From: a bacterium | GTDB lineage: Bacteria; UBA8248 | Length of the DNA: 64,000 nucleotides | Assembly (NCBI GenBank): GCA_965242545.1 | Contig: OZ251456.1 | Coordinates: 316,076-380,075, forward strand | Direction of reading: 5' to 3' | Part shown: one piece after another, positions 10,806 through 21,157 of the stretch | Position numbering within the stretch: the stretch's first letter is position 1 | Layout of the letters: every line of letters begins with the position of its first letter | Position numbers and translations under genes: made by a program | Notes under the pieces: generated by a model | Told to the model about the DNA's origin: nothing | Databases searched by the model: none | Seen by the model: the letters and a program-made list of their open reading frames with translations, nothing else

Positions 10806-11221
10806 GCGCCTGCCTCATCGACACGAACGTGATATCGGAGTTGACGAAGGCGTCGCCGGATTCGGGCGTCGTCGCGTTTCTGTCGGAACGCGATGATCTG
10901 TGGCTCTCCCCGGTTGTGGTTCACGAGCTGGAATTCGGCCTGCGCCGCCTTCCTCGCGGACGCCGCCGCGTCCGCATCAGAGCCGCCTTGTCCGCGTTCG
11001 TTGCGGCGTATGAGGATCGAATTCTGCCGGTGGGCCGTCCGGAAGCCGAGCGGGCGGCCGCGCTGAGGGCGCAGACGCATCGCGCCGGCCGGACCCTGCA
11101 TCTGGGCGATGCGCTCATTGCGGGGACGGCCATGGCGCGCGGCCTCTCGATAGCGACGCGGAATACCGGAGATTTCAAAGGGCTGGCCGTCAATGTCGTC
11201 AATCCGTGGCGAACCCCATGA
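10802..11221 (+). CDS. vapC: PIN-domain ribonuclease toxin VapC
   Basis: MSACLIDTNVISE... carries PIN acidic residues (D at position 7, later E and D). 139 aa, translationally coupled to the antitoxin. Confidence 0.75.
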   Translation: MSACLIDTNVISELTKASPDSGVVAFLSERDDLWLSPVVVHELEFGLRRLPRGRRRVRIRAALSAFVAAYEDRILPVGRPEAERAAALRAQTHRAGRTLHLGDALIAGTAMARGLSIATRNTGDFKGLAVNVVNPWRTP

Positions 11222-11426
11222 GCATCGCCGAATCCGTCGTCCCGGCGGCCGGACCGGCGAGCGAAGAATCGGGCGGCGCATTGTTCCCGCTTCGTCGTTT
11301 GTGATAGCTACCCTTCATTGAAAGCGCATTCAAAAAGCCTTCCGTTTCCCTCCGGCAAGGTTCGCCGTCCGCGCCGGCGCGCGGCGCCGGGATCGACGAC
11401 ATGAATTCACAAGAGGCGCGACGACC

Positions 11427-12632
11427 ATGACGCAGGCGATGCGGGACGCCTCCCTGGCCCTGAAGCCCTGGCTTTCGGAGATCAGGCGCGGGATTCACAT
11501 GAACCCGGAGCTCGGCTACGAGGAGCATGAAACGTCCCGGCTCGTCGCGGAGAATCTCGAAAGTTTCGGGCTTGGCGTCCGGGCCGGCGTCGCGGAGACG
11601 GGGGTGGTCGGCCTGCTCGATACCGGACGCCCCGGCCCCGTCCTCGGCATCCGCGCCGACATGGACGCGCTCCCCATAGAGGAGGCGGGCGACGCTCCCT
11701 ACAAGAGCCGCCGCCCGGGGAAGATGCACGCCTGCGGCCACGACGCCCACGTGAGCATGCTGCTGGGGGCGGCGCGCCTGCTCTCCGGGAACGGGGAGTG
11801 GCTCGACGGCCTGGGCGGCGGCGTCAAGTTCATCTTTCAGCCCGCGGAGGAGGGGAAGGCCGGCGGCAGGAGAATGGTGGAGGAGGGAATTCTGGAAGAT
11901 CCCCGGGTGGACGCGCTCATCGCCGCGCACGTGTGGCCGAGCATGCCCGCGGGCCGCATCGGCGTTCGCCCGGGCTCCGTCATGGCGACCTCGGACAAGC
12001 TCTTCTTTCACGTCCGGGGGGAGGGCTCGCACGCGGCCTATCCCCACCAGTCGCAGGACGCCCTGCTGGCCGCCTCGCATCTGGTGAGCGCGCTGCAAAG
12101 CGTCGTGAGCAGAAACGTCGCCCCGCTGGAGTCCGCCGTTCTTTCCGTCACGGGCTTCGAGTCCGGCGTCGCCATCAACATCGTGCCCCAGGAGGCCAGG
12201 CTTCGGGGCACCGTCCGCACGCACGCTCCGAGGGTCCGGGAGATGATCCGCAAGCGGGTGCGGGAGGTGGCGCGCGGCGTGGCGGAAGCCTTCGACGTGG
12301 AGATAGAGATCGAAATCGCGCCGGGCTATCCCGCCCTGGTGAACCACGAGGCGGCCGTCGCGCTCATTGAGGACGCCGGGGCGCGGGTTCTCGGCGCGGA
12401 GAACGTGAGCGAGATGCCGCTCTCGATGGGGGCGGAGGATTTCGCCTACATGGCGGCGGAGCGGCCGGGCGCCATGTTCCGCGTGGGCGTGCTGAACGAG
12501 GAAAAGGGGTTCGTTCACGGGCTGCACTCCGACCGCTTCGATCTGGACGAGGACGCCCTGCCGGTCGGCGCGGGCGTCTTCGCGCAGGCGGCCGTCGAGT
12601 TTCTGGGGAATCCGGAAAAGTATCTCGCCTGA
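11427..12632 (+). CDS. M20 family amidohydrolase (hippurate hydrolase / N-acyl-amino acid amidohydrolase-like)
   Basis: M20D hallmark blocks MHACGHDAH and FQPAEEG, with a dimerisation-domain layout. RBS AAGAGG precedes the start. Confidence 0.8.
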   Translation: MTQAMRDASLALKPWLSEIRRGIHMNPELGYEEHETSRLVAENLESFGLGVRAGVAETGVVGLLDTGRPGPVLGIRADMDALPIEEAGDAPYKSRRPGKMHACGHDAHVSMLLGAARLLSGNGEWLDGLGGGVKFIFQPAEEGKAGGRRMVEEGILEDPRVDALIAAHVWPSMPAGRIGVRPGSVMATSDKLFFHVRGEGSHAAYPHQSQDALLAASHLVSALQSVVSRNVAPLESAVLSVTGFESGVAINIVPQEARLRGTVRTHAPRVREMIRKRVREVARGVAEAFDVEIEIEIAPGYPALVNHEAAVALIEDAGARVLGAENVSEMPLSMGAEDFAYMAAERPGAMFRVGVLNEEKGFVHGLHSDRFDLDEDALPVGAGVFAQAAVEFLGNPEKYLA

Positions 12633-12828
12633 GGCCGGTCGCGCGGGGGCTTCCGGAAAAGACGCCTCGAGGGGCGGCGCCGCGCCCCTCCGCCGCCGTT
12701 CCGGGCGGAACCCGGAAGCGCCTGCCGGAAGATCCCCGCTCCCGTGGGCAGGCCGGGGAAAGCGGGGCTGAAACGCCTGCCGGGCGCGTCGTTCCCGATC
12801 ATTCCCCGTCGAGCGGAGAAGCCGGGCC

Positions 12829-13698
12829 TTGCCGATCGAGCCGTTCATCCTTTTCGCCCTGGGCGCGGCGGCGTGCTTCACCTGCGCGGATTTCCTCGCG
12901 CGCCGGGGGCTGCGTTACGCCGATCATTTCGCGGGCGCCGTCATCACGCTGGCGGGGGAGCTGGTTTTTTTCGTTCCGCTGGTACTGCTCCTGGGTTCGC
13001 CGTTCCCGGAAGCGGGCGCGCATTATTTCTGGGTGATGCTCGGCGGAACCTGCAACCCGGGGCTTTTCCTCATCTTTTTTCTCATCGGCATTCGTCGGGT
13101 CGGCGTGGCGCGTGCGGCGCCGCTCAAGGGGACGTCCCCCCTGTTCGCCGCCCTGCTGGGGCTTGTCGTCCTGGGGGAGGAGCCGGCCTGGTATCACCTG
13201 GCGGGCGTGGCCTCGGTGGCGGGCGGCGTCGTCCTGCTCCTGTCGGGCGGGACCGGGGGAGGATGGCGCCGCCGGGACGCCCGTTGGCCCGTTTTCGCGG
13301 CGATGATATCCGCGGTCGGCTCCGTCTCCTGGAAAAAAGGACTCGCCGCCTTCCCGAGCGCGCTCGCCGCCTCGACGATAGGCGCGGCGGCCGCTCTCGT
13401 CGTGGTGGGCGCCTGCGCGCGCTGGGCCTTGCGGGAGAAGGGCGCGGGAGACGTGAAGCGGGCGTTCTGGCCGTATCTGCTGGGCGGCGCGGCGGCCGGG
13501 GCGGGCATTTTCCTGTTCACCTCCGCCCTGGGGCGAAGCGACGTTTTCAGGGTCGTGCCGTTGGTGCAGACGAGCCCCTTGTTCACCGTGCTCTTCAGCG
13601 TCGTTTTTCTCAGGCGGGCGGAGGGCGTCACCTGGCGCGTCCCCGTTGGGGCGGCGCTCACCGTGAGCGGGGCGATACTCGTCGTCCTGCGCGCCTGA
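12829..13698 (+). CDS. EamA/DMT-family membrane transporter
   Basis: About 10 hydrophobic helices in two repeated halves, 289 aa. Confidence 0.6.
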   Translation: MPIEPFILFALGAAACFTCADFLARRGLRYADHFAGAVITLAGELVFFVPLVLLLGSPFPEAGAHYFWVMLGGTCNPGLFLIFFLIGIRRVGVARAAPLKGTSPLFAALLGLVVLGEEPAWYHLAGVASVAGGVVLLLSGGTGGGWRRRDARWPVFAAMISAVGSVSWKKGLAAFPSALAASTIGAAAALVVVGACARWALREKGAGDVKRAFWPYLLGGAAAGAGIFLFTSALGRSDVFRVVPLVQTSPLFTVLFSVVFLRRAEGVTWRVPVGAALTVSGAILVVLRA

Positions 13699-13796
13699 AG
13701 GGCGCCGCCGGATGGACGCGGGCGTTCAAAACTGGTATAAGTCCGCCCCTTGAGAAGCAGGGCTTCGCGCCTCCGGGCCCGATTGGCCGCTCACCC

Positions 13797-13874
13797 GTCC
13801 CCATCGTCTAGCCTGGCCCAGGACACCGGCCTTTCACGCCGGCAACAGGGGTTCGAATCCCCTTGGGGACGCCA
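13797..13874 (+). tRNA. tRNA-Glu (anticodon UUC)
   Basis: Cloverleaf read by hand. Acceptor GTCCCCA/TGGGGAC, D-arm TAGCCTGGCCCAGGA, anticodon stem CCGGC/GCCGG with loop CTTTCAC (UUC), T-arm AGGGGTTCGAATCCCCT, and an encoded 3' CCA. Confidence 0.85.
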
Positions 13875-13914
13875 GGGCGAAGGGGGGAGGCTCGGCGATG
13901 ATTGATAGAAGCGA

Positions 13915-15804
13915 ATGAAACAGCTCATCCTCACGAAAATCGATCCCGCATCGGACGAGCGCCAAGCCGAGCATCTGGGTCCCTGGTCGCTTTCAGACGC
14001 CCAGTTTTTCGAGTGGGAATGGGAAAAATACGGAATCAGGCGGGTATTGCAGGCCGAGGATATCCTGCCCGTTTCTCGCAGCCTGGAAAAGGTTTGTGAA
14101 TTTTACCTTCACCGCCTGGTCCGCCGGCAAAACGAAAGACACGGGCGCTCCTATTCCGCCCGATATTGGCGCATCTTGCTGATGCCGTGGCTTTGCAGGT
14201 TGGTCATGTGTTCTTTCGAGCGGTTTCTGCGAATCAGGAGTCGGATATCGAGCGGCGTTCCATATCTGGCGTATCTCTCGCCCCGGGATGAAGCCCCCTC
14301 ATCCATCGCAACGAGCCACTTTAATCGGATGATACTCGATGATCCGTTGAACCGCCTCATCTTCAGCAGATTTCTGCGCGCCTATGAACCCGAAGGATGG
14401 ATCATGCGGGACGGCGCGCCCGCCCCGCCGGATGAATATTTTTCCGTGAGCGATCAAAAAAAGACGTTCATACGGGACAACTATGGCGACCATGCCAAAG
14501 CCAGAAAATCGCAAAGAAAAATGGAAATATATCATTGGGCCAGCATTCTGGCCTGCAATTTGGGATGCGTCCAGTTTCATCGGGTTTATGGCCTGGGACT
14601 GCTGGACAGTCTGCATCTTTCTTTTCGCGTGATGCTTCGCAGCAGGAGACGCTGGAGGGATGCGGCGAGGTCGTTTCAGAAAATATCCGAAGCGGAAAAT
14701 AAAAATCTCTCGAAGGACGCCATGATTGAAGAGATCAAATCGATTCAGGGGATGAGTGCCGAAGAAGCGGAGATTTTCCTGCGGGTTCTGGATGGGTTGA
14801 TTGAAGAGACGATGCCGAAACAGTTCACGGAGTGTTTTCGGGAAAACGAGAAAAAGGCGCTGAGGAAAATAAGGGCGACGGCCCCCTGGACGGACGCGAT
14901 AGTCAGCGGGCTTGTGACGAGTGAAAACGACCCGTGGCGGTTTTATGCGGCCGGTCTCCTGGAGGATCGCCCCGTAAGGCTGATCGGCAGTCAGCACGGG
15001 GGATTGGTCGGCTTGGCCGAAGCGGCATCCTTTTACAATCTTGTGGAATACGAGACGGATGATCGGTTCGTATCGTGGGGCTGGGAGCGTCAGTCCGACT
15101 ATGAAGCAGCCGCGCCGGCTTCCTCTCCTCTTCTGTCGAAAATGAAGCGAGGCGCGAAGCGAAATTCATCCATCATTATGATAGGCTCCGCCTTGTTGGT
15201 CTATTCCGAATGGCTGCAAACGGGTTATCAGCCCGATGACATAGCGCGGCTTATGAAGAACAAAACAAGTTTCATCGAGCATCTGAAAAATGAATTGCGC
15301 TCCGCCTTGTGGTATCGGCCGCACGTCACCAAAGCGAGCGACCGCTATGACCGCTCCTATATGCAAGAAAGATACCCCGATTTGAAAATTTTGTCCGGGA
15401 AATTGCTAAACCATAAATCGAACCGGATGTCTTCCGCGTTGTCGCAATGCGGCGTTTGCGTTTTTGATGGGATGGGGGCTACGGAATTGTTCACGATGGC
15501 GGCGGAGATACCGGCCGTCTTTTTCTGGAACGAGAATGTGTGGCGGATCTCGCGTCAGGCGAAGCCCCATGTCGAAAAACTGTCGGCCGTGAATGTTGTT
15601 CACTCATCCCCGGAGAGCGCCGCGAGACACCTGAACGCCATCTGGCCCGATATCGATTCATGGTGGGAGGACGGCAGGACGCGGGAAGCCATCAGGGAAT
15701 TTGCGCATCGTTATTGTCGAAGCAGCGAAAACTGGCGTTCGGAATGGGTGGAATTGTTCTCTTCGGCGGATTCGGAATTATGGAAGCCAGCGAGCCGAAG
15801 ATGA
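13915..15804 (+). CDS. Large hypothetical protein (629 aa), possibly a glycan-locus transferase
   Basis: Long soluble ORF with no obvious catalytic motifs. First gene after tRNA-Glu and co-directional with the ABC exporter and sugar-nucleotide genes. From memory only, it resembles the ~600-aa uncharacterised transferase-like proteins of surface polysaccharide loci. Confidence 0.4.
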   Translation: MKQLILTKIDPASDERQAEHLGPWSLSDAQFFEWEWEKYGIRRVLQAEDILPVSRSLEKVCEFYLHRLVRRQNERHGRSYSARYWRILLMPWLCRLVMCSFERFLRIRSRISSGVPYLAYLSPRDEAPSSIATSHFNRMILDDPLNRLIFSRFLRAYEPEGWIMRDGAPAPPDEYFSVSDQKKTFIRDNYGDHAKARKSQRKMEIYHWASILACNLGCVQFHRVYGLGLLDSLHLSFRVMLRSRRRWRDAARSFQKISEAENKNLSKDAMIEEIKSIQGMSAEEAEIFLRVLDGLIEETMPKQFTECFRENEKKALRKIRATAPWTDAIVSGLVTSENDPWRFYAAGLLEDRPVRLIGSQHGGLVGLAEAASFYNLVEYETDDRFVSWGWERQSDYEAAAPASSPLLSKMKRGAKRNSSIIMIGSALLVYSEWLQTGYQPDDIARLMKNKTSFIEHLKNELRSALWYRPHVTKASDRYDRSYMQERYPDLKILSGKLLNHKSNRMSSALSQCGVCVFDGMGATELFTMAAEIPAVFFWNENVWRISRQAKPHVEKLSAVNVVHSSPESAARHLNAIWPDIDSWWEDGRTREAIREFAHRYCRSSENWRSEWVELFSSADSELWKPASRR

Positions 15805-15863
15805 AGAACCGACGGGCGCCTGCGCCCTCGCCATGCCGGAAAAGCAAAGGATAGAGAAATCGC

Positions 15864-17627
15864 ATGTTCGGCGATAAGCAAAAGAACATTCTCGCCGTCG
15901 CCCGGAATTACAAGCGGCTGTTGCTTTTATATTTTTTCGTTCTCGTTTCGGCGACGATGTTCGAGAGCATCGGCTTGGGCATGTTGATGCCCATTTTCCA
16001 AACGATACAAGGGATAGAAACAAACCATGTCCTTGAGGCGTACGCCAAATGGGGGCTTGGAATTATCGGCCTGGAGTATTCGTTCGCGAACCTTATCACG
16101 CTGTTCACAATCGCCATGCTGTTCAAATTCGCTTTGGTGGCGATTTCCACGCATCTCGCGCGGGTGCTGAGTTCGAGAATCACGTGCGATATGAGGGAAA
16201 AGGTTTTCAGAAACCTGATGAACCTTCCGCTCTCGTATTTTTATCAAAAAAAGACGGGCGATCTCATCGCCGTCCAATTCACCTCCACGCAGAATGCCGG
16301 CTTTCTTTTTGAACACATGATGCTCATCATCAACAGTATTTTTTTCTGCATCCTGTATCTGGCCATGAATCTGGCGGTCTCCTTTTCGCTCACCGTTCTG
16401 GTGGTAGGCTTGTTTTCCATCTCCTATCTTTTTCTCTTCCCGCGCTTTGAAAAGGGATATTTGAAGGGCGAAGAAGAGTCACGGGGCATGCAGGGCATCA
16501 ATTCCTATCTTCATGACGTCTTTTCCGGCGTCAAGACGGTAAAAGTGTTTGGAAATATCGCGCGCCACGTCGAACACTACAGAAGCCATACGAACGATTA
16601 TCGTCGGGTTTCCGTTGAGATCATGGACAACAAGATTATCGCCTCTCTGTTTTACGAGCCCCTGCTTTTTTTCTTCATGGTTCTTTGTCTGGTTTTCGCC
16701 GTCGTATTTCTGGAAATTCCCTTTGCGATTCTCGCCGTATTCCTGGTCATCTTTCTGCACGTTCTTCCCAAGCTGAAAGTGATCAACCACTACTGGCTCC
16801 TCGCCAATGAATTCGCTCCCCATCTGGAGAGGGTTCAGGAATACGCGGAAAACGGGAACAAGGAACATCCGACGGAAGGGCGCGCTTCCGTCGGCGAACT
16901 GAAAAAGAGCGTGCGATTCGAGAACGTGTCGTTCGCCTATCCGGGCTCCGGGGACGACGCGCTGAACGGGGTAAGCGCATCGGTCGAAAAAGGCGCGACG
17001 ACGGCGCTGGTGGGCTCCTCCGGAAGCGGGAAAACCACTTTCGTCGATCTGTTTCTGCGCCTTCATGATCCGACGCGGGGCGCCATTTACGTTGACGACG
17101 CGGACTTGAGGGACGTTTCCGTGGGCGAGTGGCGAAGCCTCATCGGGGTGGTGGAGCAGGACCCCTATCTTTTCAACGATACGGTCTACAACAACATTCT
17201 TTACGGAAATCCCGAAGCGGATGAAGCGCAGGCGCGGAAGGCGGCGGAAACGGCTTACGCCCATGAATACATCGAGGAATTGCCCGAAGGATACCGGACG
17301 GTCATCGGGAGTCGGGGGATCAAGTTGTCCGGCGGCCAGAAGCAGCGCCTCGCGCTCGCGAGAGCCCTGGTTCGCTCTCCCCGGATACTCGTGCTGGACG
17401 AGGCGACGAGTTCGCTCGACAGCGAATTCGAGCGTCTTATCCAGACCACCTTGCAGGATCTCGCCGGGCGGGTGACCATCCTGGTCGTCGCCCATCGTCT
17501 TTCCACCATCAAGAGCGCGGACAAGATTCTGGTTCTCGAGAATGGGCGAATCGTTCAGGAGGGGAGCCACGCCTCTCTCATGCGGGAGGAAGGGCGGTAT
17601 AAAAAGTTCCTGGCCTTGCAGGCGTAA
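15864..17627 (+). CDS. ABC exporter, fused permease plus ATPase (MsbA/lipid A-type family)
   Basis: N-terminal 6-TM domain, then Walker A GSSGSGKTT, signature LSGGQKQRLALARAL, Walker B ILVLDEATS and an H-loop. Confidence 0.85.
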   Translation: MFGDKQKNILAVARNYKRLLLLYFFVLVSATMFESIGLGMLMPIFQTIQGIETNHVLEAYAKWGLGIIGLEYSFANLITLFTIAMLFKFALVAISTHLARVLSSRITCDMREKVFRNLMNLPLSYFYQKKTGDLIAVQFTSTQNAGFLFEHMMLIINSIFFCILYLAMNLAVSFSLTVLVVGLFSISYLFLFPRFEKGYLKGEEESRGMQGINSYLHDVFSGVKTVKVFGNIARHVEHYRSHTNDYRRVSVEIMDNKIIASLFYEPLLFFFMVLCLVFAVVFLEIPFAILAVFLVIFLHVLPKLKVINHYWLLANEFAPHLERVQEYAENGNKEHPTEGRASVGELKKSVRFENVSFAYPGSGDDALNGVSASVEKGATTALVGSSGSGKTTFVDLFLRLHDPTRGAIYVDDADLRDVSVGEWRSLIGVVEQDPYLFNDTVYNNILYGNPEADEAQARKAAETAYAHEYIEELPEGYRTVIGSRGIKLSGGQKQRLALARALVRSPRILVLDEATSSLDSEFERLIQTTLQDLAGRVTILVVAHRLSTIKSADKILVLENGRIVQEGSHASLMREEGRYKKFLALQA

Positions 17628-17680
17628 GAATCTCAAGAGTTCGCTTGGAATCGTCGGATGAGGCATGAGGGCTTCAAAAA

Positions 17681-18475
17681 ATGAAGGGGAAGCGGAATCG
17701 CGTAGCTGCCTTGTCGTTGGGAAGGAAGGGAAGTGCGGGCTTTCCCGGCAAGAATACCTATCCGGTTCTCGGGAAGCCGCTTTCTTATTATCCCTTGAAG
17801 GCGGCGCTGGATGCGCCCGGCGTCGATGCCGTCTATCTTTCGACGGACGATGAGGAATTGATGGCGCTCGCCCGCGGCATGGGCGCCCGGGTGATCGTCC
17901 GCCCCCCGGAGCTGGCGACAAAAGAGGCTCTTAGCGAAGACGCCTATGCGCACGGGTATCGAGTCATTACGGATGAGCAGAAGAAACTGGGCGGGGAGAT
18001 GGAGTTCTTCGTGCTTCTCTATTGCAACGCGCCCATGATCCTGCCTGAAATGATTGAGGAGGGAATTCGGGTGTTGCGGGAGAACCCGTCCTACGATTCC
18101 GCCGTCACCGTTTCCTGCTATAATATGTGGAGTCCGCTCCGCGCGCGGAAGATTGAAGAGGACGGCCTTTTGCGTCCCTTCGTGCCGTTCGAGGCCTTTG
18201 GCGATCCGGAGACGTTGAGTTGCGACCGGGATTCACAGGGGGATTCGTGGTTTGCGGACGCGGGGGCGGCTATTGTTCGCCCTCGGTGTTTTGAAAACAT
18301 CAATAGCGGTCTATTGCCTTTCAAATGGATGGGACGGAAAATTTACCCGTTGCGGCAATGGGGAGGAGTGGACGTTGACCATGAATGGCAAATGCCGCTC
18401 GTGAAGCATTGGCTGATGGCGCACGGGTTCGACGCCGAAGGGCGCAGGAAGTCTCCGTTTGGTGATGAATCGTGA
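17681..18475 (+). CDS. CMP-sugar cytidylyltransferase (NeuA/KdsB acylneuraminate cytidylyltransferase family)
   Basis: N-terminal ALSLGRKGSAGFPGKN matches the CTP-binding loop of CMP-NeuAc/CMP-Kdo synthetases. 264 aa. Confidence 0.7.
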   Translation: MKGKRNRVAALSLGRKGSAGFPGKNTYPVLGKPLSYYPLKAALDAPGVDAVYLSTDDEELMALARGMGARVIVRPPELATKEALSEDAYAHGYRVITDEQKKLGGEMEFFVLLYCNAPMILPEMIEEGIRVLRENPSYDSAVTVSCYNMWSPLRARKIEEDGLLRPFVPFEAFGDPETLSCDRDSQGDSWFADAGAAIVRPRCFENINSGLLPFKWMGRKIYPLRQWGGVDVDHEWQMPLVKHWLMAHGFDAEGRRKSPFGDES

Positions 18476-18487
18476 GGTTCCGTTTGC

Positions 18488-19213
18488 ATGAATGTTTTGG
18501 TGACGGGCGCGAGTTCGGGCATCGGGCTGTCTATCCTGCGTCTTTTGCTCGACAAGGGAGACAGCATTTTCGCTCATTACAGAAAGAGCAGCCCCGAGTT
18601 GGAAAAGCTCGTCGAAGAATACGCTCCCCAAGGGCGCTTGCGGGTTCATCGGGCCGATTTTGAATATCCGGAGCAGGTGGAATCCCTGATGGACGCCTGC
18701 GACGCGGAGTGGGGGAGACTGGACGCGCTCGTCAACAACGCCGGCGCGGTAATCGAGGAAGCCAGGCTGGAGGAGATAGACCTGAAGCTTTGGAGGCGCG
18801 CCTTCGCGGTCAACGTGGAGGCCCCCTTTTTGCTGTCCCGGTGGGCGTTCCTGAAGATGGGGGAAGGGGGAGGGAAAATACTCAATATCGGCTCGATTTC
18901 CGCGAAATACGTTGGTGGGGAAACGACTTTTCACTACGGCGTCTCCAAGGCGACGGTGGACGCGCTGACCCTGGGTTTCGCCCGCCGGGGCGCGGACAAG
19001 GGCATTTGCGTCAACGCCGTCCGGCCGGGAGTGACGGATACGGACGCGCATCAGAAATACACGCCCGGCAAGGACATGACGGAAAGAATCTCCATGGTTC
19101 CGATGAAGAGAATGGCGCGGCCTGATGAAATCGCCTCACTGTCCGTTTATTTGCTCTCGAAGGAAGCGGACTACATTACGGGGCAAATCGTATCCATCGC
19201 GGGGGGAGATTGA
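18488..19213 (+). CDS. SDR-family short-chain dehydrogenase
   Basis: TGASSGIG Rossmann motif, NNAG, and a YxxxK-type catalytic region. 241 aa. Confidence 0.8.
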   Translation: MNVLVTGASSGIGLSILRLLLDKGDSIFAHYRKSSPELEKLVEEYAPQGRLRVHRADFEYPEQVESLMDACDAEWGRLDALVNNAGAVIEEARLEEIDLKLWRRAFAVNVEAPFLLSRWAFLKMGEGGGKILNIGSISAKYVGGETTFHYGVSKATVDALTLGFARRGADKGICVNAVRPGVTDTDAHQKYTPGKDMTERISMVPMKRMARPDEIASLSVYLLSKEADYITGQIVSIAGGD

Positions 19214-19216
19214 TTC

Positions 19217-20179
19217 TTGGGCGGGAAATGGAAAGTCGTTGTTTTCGGCGGTTCGGGCTTCATCGGCAGCCACTTGGCCGATGCGCTGTCTGATGAAGGA
19301 CATGAGGTTCTTCTGTTCGACTTGAAGCCCTCCGCGTATTTGCGGTCGGATCAAAGGATGTATGTCGGCGATATTCTGAACACCGAGCAAGTGCGTGAAG
19401 CGGTGAAGGGCCATGACGCCGTCTATAATTTCGCGGGCATCGCGGATCTTGATGACGCGAAAACAAAAGCCGCTCAAACTGTCGCCCAGAACGTCCTGGG
19501 AACTGTGAACATACTTGACGCGGCGCGCAGTGCGGGCGTCAAACGCTATATGCACGCCAGTTCCATATACGCTTACAGCGATCGAGGCGGTTTCTACCGG
19601 TGCAGCAAGCAGGCGGCGGAACTCTACATAGAAGAATACCAGAAGCAGTATGGGCTGAATTATGTGATTTTTCGCTTCGGAACCATATTCGGCACTCGGG
19701 CCGATGAAAGAAACAGCGTCCATCGCTATCTTCGGCAGGCGCTTTCCGAGAAGCGCATCGAAAGCTTCGTCGCCGGCGATGAGATTCGTGAATACGTCAA
19801 TGTAAAGGACGCGGCTCGCCTTTGCGTTCAGGTGCTTGCTGAGAATCCTGCCAGCCAGCACCTGATAATCACCGGCCCCTATCCCATGCGCACGAGAGAG
19901 TTTCTTGAAATGATAAATGAAATCGTGGGGGGAGGCGTCGAATTGAAGTTCGACGAGAATGGCCAGTCGGGCCACTATCGGATGACGCCCTACACGTTCG
20001 AGCCTAAAATCGGCCGGAAGCTCGCCATCAACGAGTATATGGACATGGGAGGAGGATTGCTGGAGTGCCTGCGCGAGATTTATGAGGATATGCAGGCGAC
20101 TTCACCCGGGAAAACGGCAGCCTTCGCGGACCCGCCTCCCCCGTCTTGTTCCCGTCCGCAGGCGGGGGGATCAGAATGA
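19217..20179 (+). CDS. NAD-dependent epimerase/dehydratase family protein
   Basis: GGSGFIGSH Rossmann motif. 320 aa, extended SDR. TTG start as in the track. Confidence 0.75.
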   Translation: MGGKWKVVVFGGSGFIGSHLADALSDEGHEVLLFDLKPSAYLRSDQRMYVGDILNTEQVREAVKGHDAVYNFAGIADLDDAKTKAAQTVAQNVLGTVNILDAARSAGVKRYMHASSIYAYSDRGGFYRCSKQAAELYIEEYQKQYGLNYVIFRFGTIFGTRADERNSVHRYLRQALSEKRIESFVAGDEIREYVNVKDAARLCVQVLAENPASQHLIITGPYPMRTREFLEMINEIVGGGVELKFDENGQSGHYRMTPYTFEPKIGRKLAINEYMDMGGGLLECLREIYEDMQATSPGKTAAFADPPPPSCSRPQAGGSE

Positions 20180-21000
20180 TAAGCGTCGTCATAACGGCCT
20201 ACAACGCCGAGGAATATGTTGCGGACGCCGTGAAAAGCATTCTGGCGCAGACGGAGGTCGATCTGGAATGCGTCATCGTCGATGACGGCTCGACGGACGA
20301 TACCGTCCGCGTATTGACGGGCTTCGGCGATCCTCGAATTCGTCTCATCGAAGCGGGACGAATCGGGCGCGTGAGAGCGCTCAACCTCGGCGTCCGCGAG
20401 AGCCGGGGGGAGTATGTCGCCATCCAGGACGCGGATGACTTGTCCCATCCCAAAAGACTGGAAATTCAAAGGCTGGCGATGGAGCAATCGCCGGATTATT
20501 GCGCCGTCGGTTCGCCCCCGTTCGCCTTTTACGCCAACGGGAGGCCCGATTGGCCCTCATTCGGGCCGGATGAGAAAAATCCTTCGTTAGCGGATATCGG
20601 AAGAAAACTCATGCTTTCCAATGCCGTCAACCACACGTCGCTGTTCGCCAGAAGCGAGGCGATGAAAAAAATTCAGGGCTACGATGAGAAATTTCGCATG
20701 ATTCATGATTTCGATTTGCTTGTCCGAATGTATGAAAATGGAATGAAGGTCGGGTTTTTGAAAGTTCCCGTGGCGGCGAAAAGAATTCATGTGGAGCAGT
20801 TTTTCGAGCGAAATACGAGGCTCCGGGACGTGTTTGACGGCATCCTTGTGCAAAGCAGGGCGATTCGCGCCTGTGGAGGCGGTCTCCCGTATCGCGTCCT
20901 GCTGCCGTTCTGGTTTTCGTATCGCTTGCTGCCGCCCAAAGCGCGCATGTGGATCAGGGCCAAGGGAGGCTATTTTTCCTGCGCCGACGAGCTGAAATAA
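20176..21000 (+). CDS. Family 2 glycosyltransferase
   Basis: ISVVITAYNAEEYV...VIVDDGSTDDT...QDADD is the GT2 DxD architecture. Start at ATG 20176. Confidence 0.8.
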   Translation: MISVVITAYNAEEYVADAVKSILAQTEVDLECVIVDDGSTDDTVRVLTGFGDPRIRLIEAGRIGRVRALNLGVRESRGEYVAIQDADDLSHPKRLEIQRLAMEQSPDYCAVGSPPFAFYANGRPDWPSFGPDEKNPSLADIGRKLMLSNAVNHTSLFARSEAMKKIQGYDEKFRMIHDFDLLVRMYENGMKVGFLKVPVAAKRIHVEQFFERNTRLRDVFDGILVQSRAIRACGGGLPYRVLLPFWFSYRLLPPKARMWIRAKGGYFSCADELK

Positions 21001-21157
21001 TCCACCCGTCTTTTGGAACTTTCTCGAAACCGCCGGCGCTCCGCCCTCTTGAAGATTTTTGCGTGGATTCGCCCGCTCGGTCAGTAAAATTCCACATGTT
21101 TCAAGGTTTGCGGTTTCATGGGCGGAGCCTCGAAAGACAAAAGGTTGTGGTTGAAGC

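Noticed and set aside
12650-12700. GC hairpin GGGGCGGCGCCGCGCCCC after the M20 gene as a terminator
   Set aside because: A stem is present, but there is no U-tract. In this GC-rich genome such hairpins are frequent, so I was not confident enough to call it.
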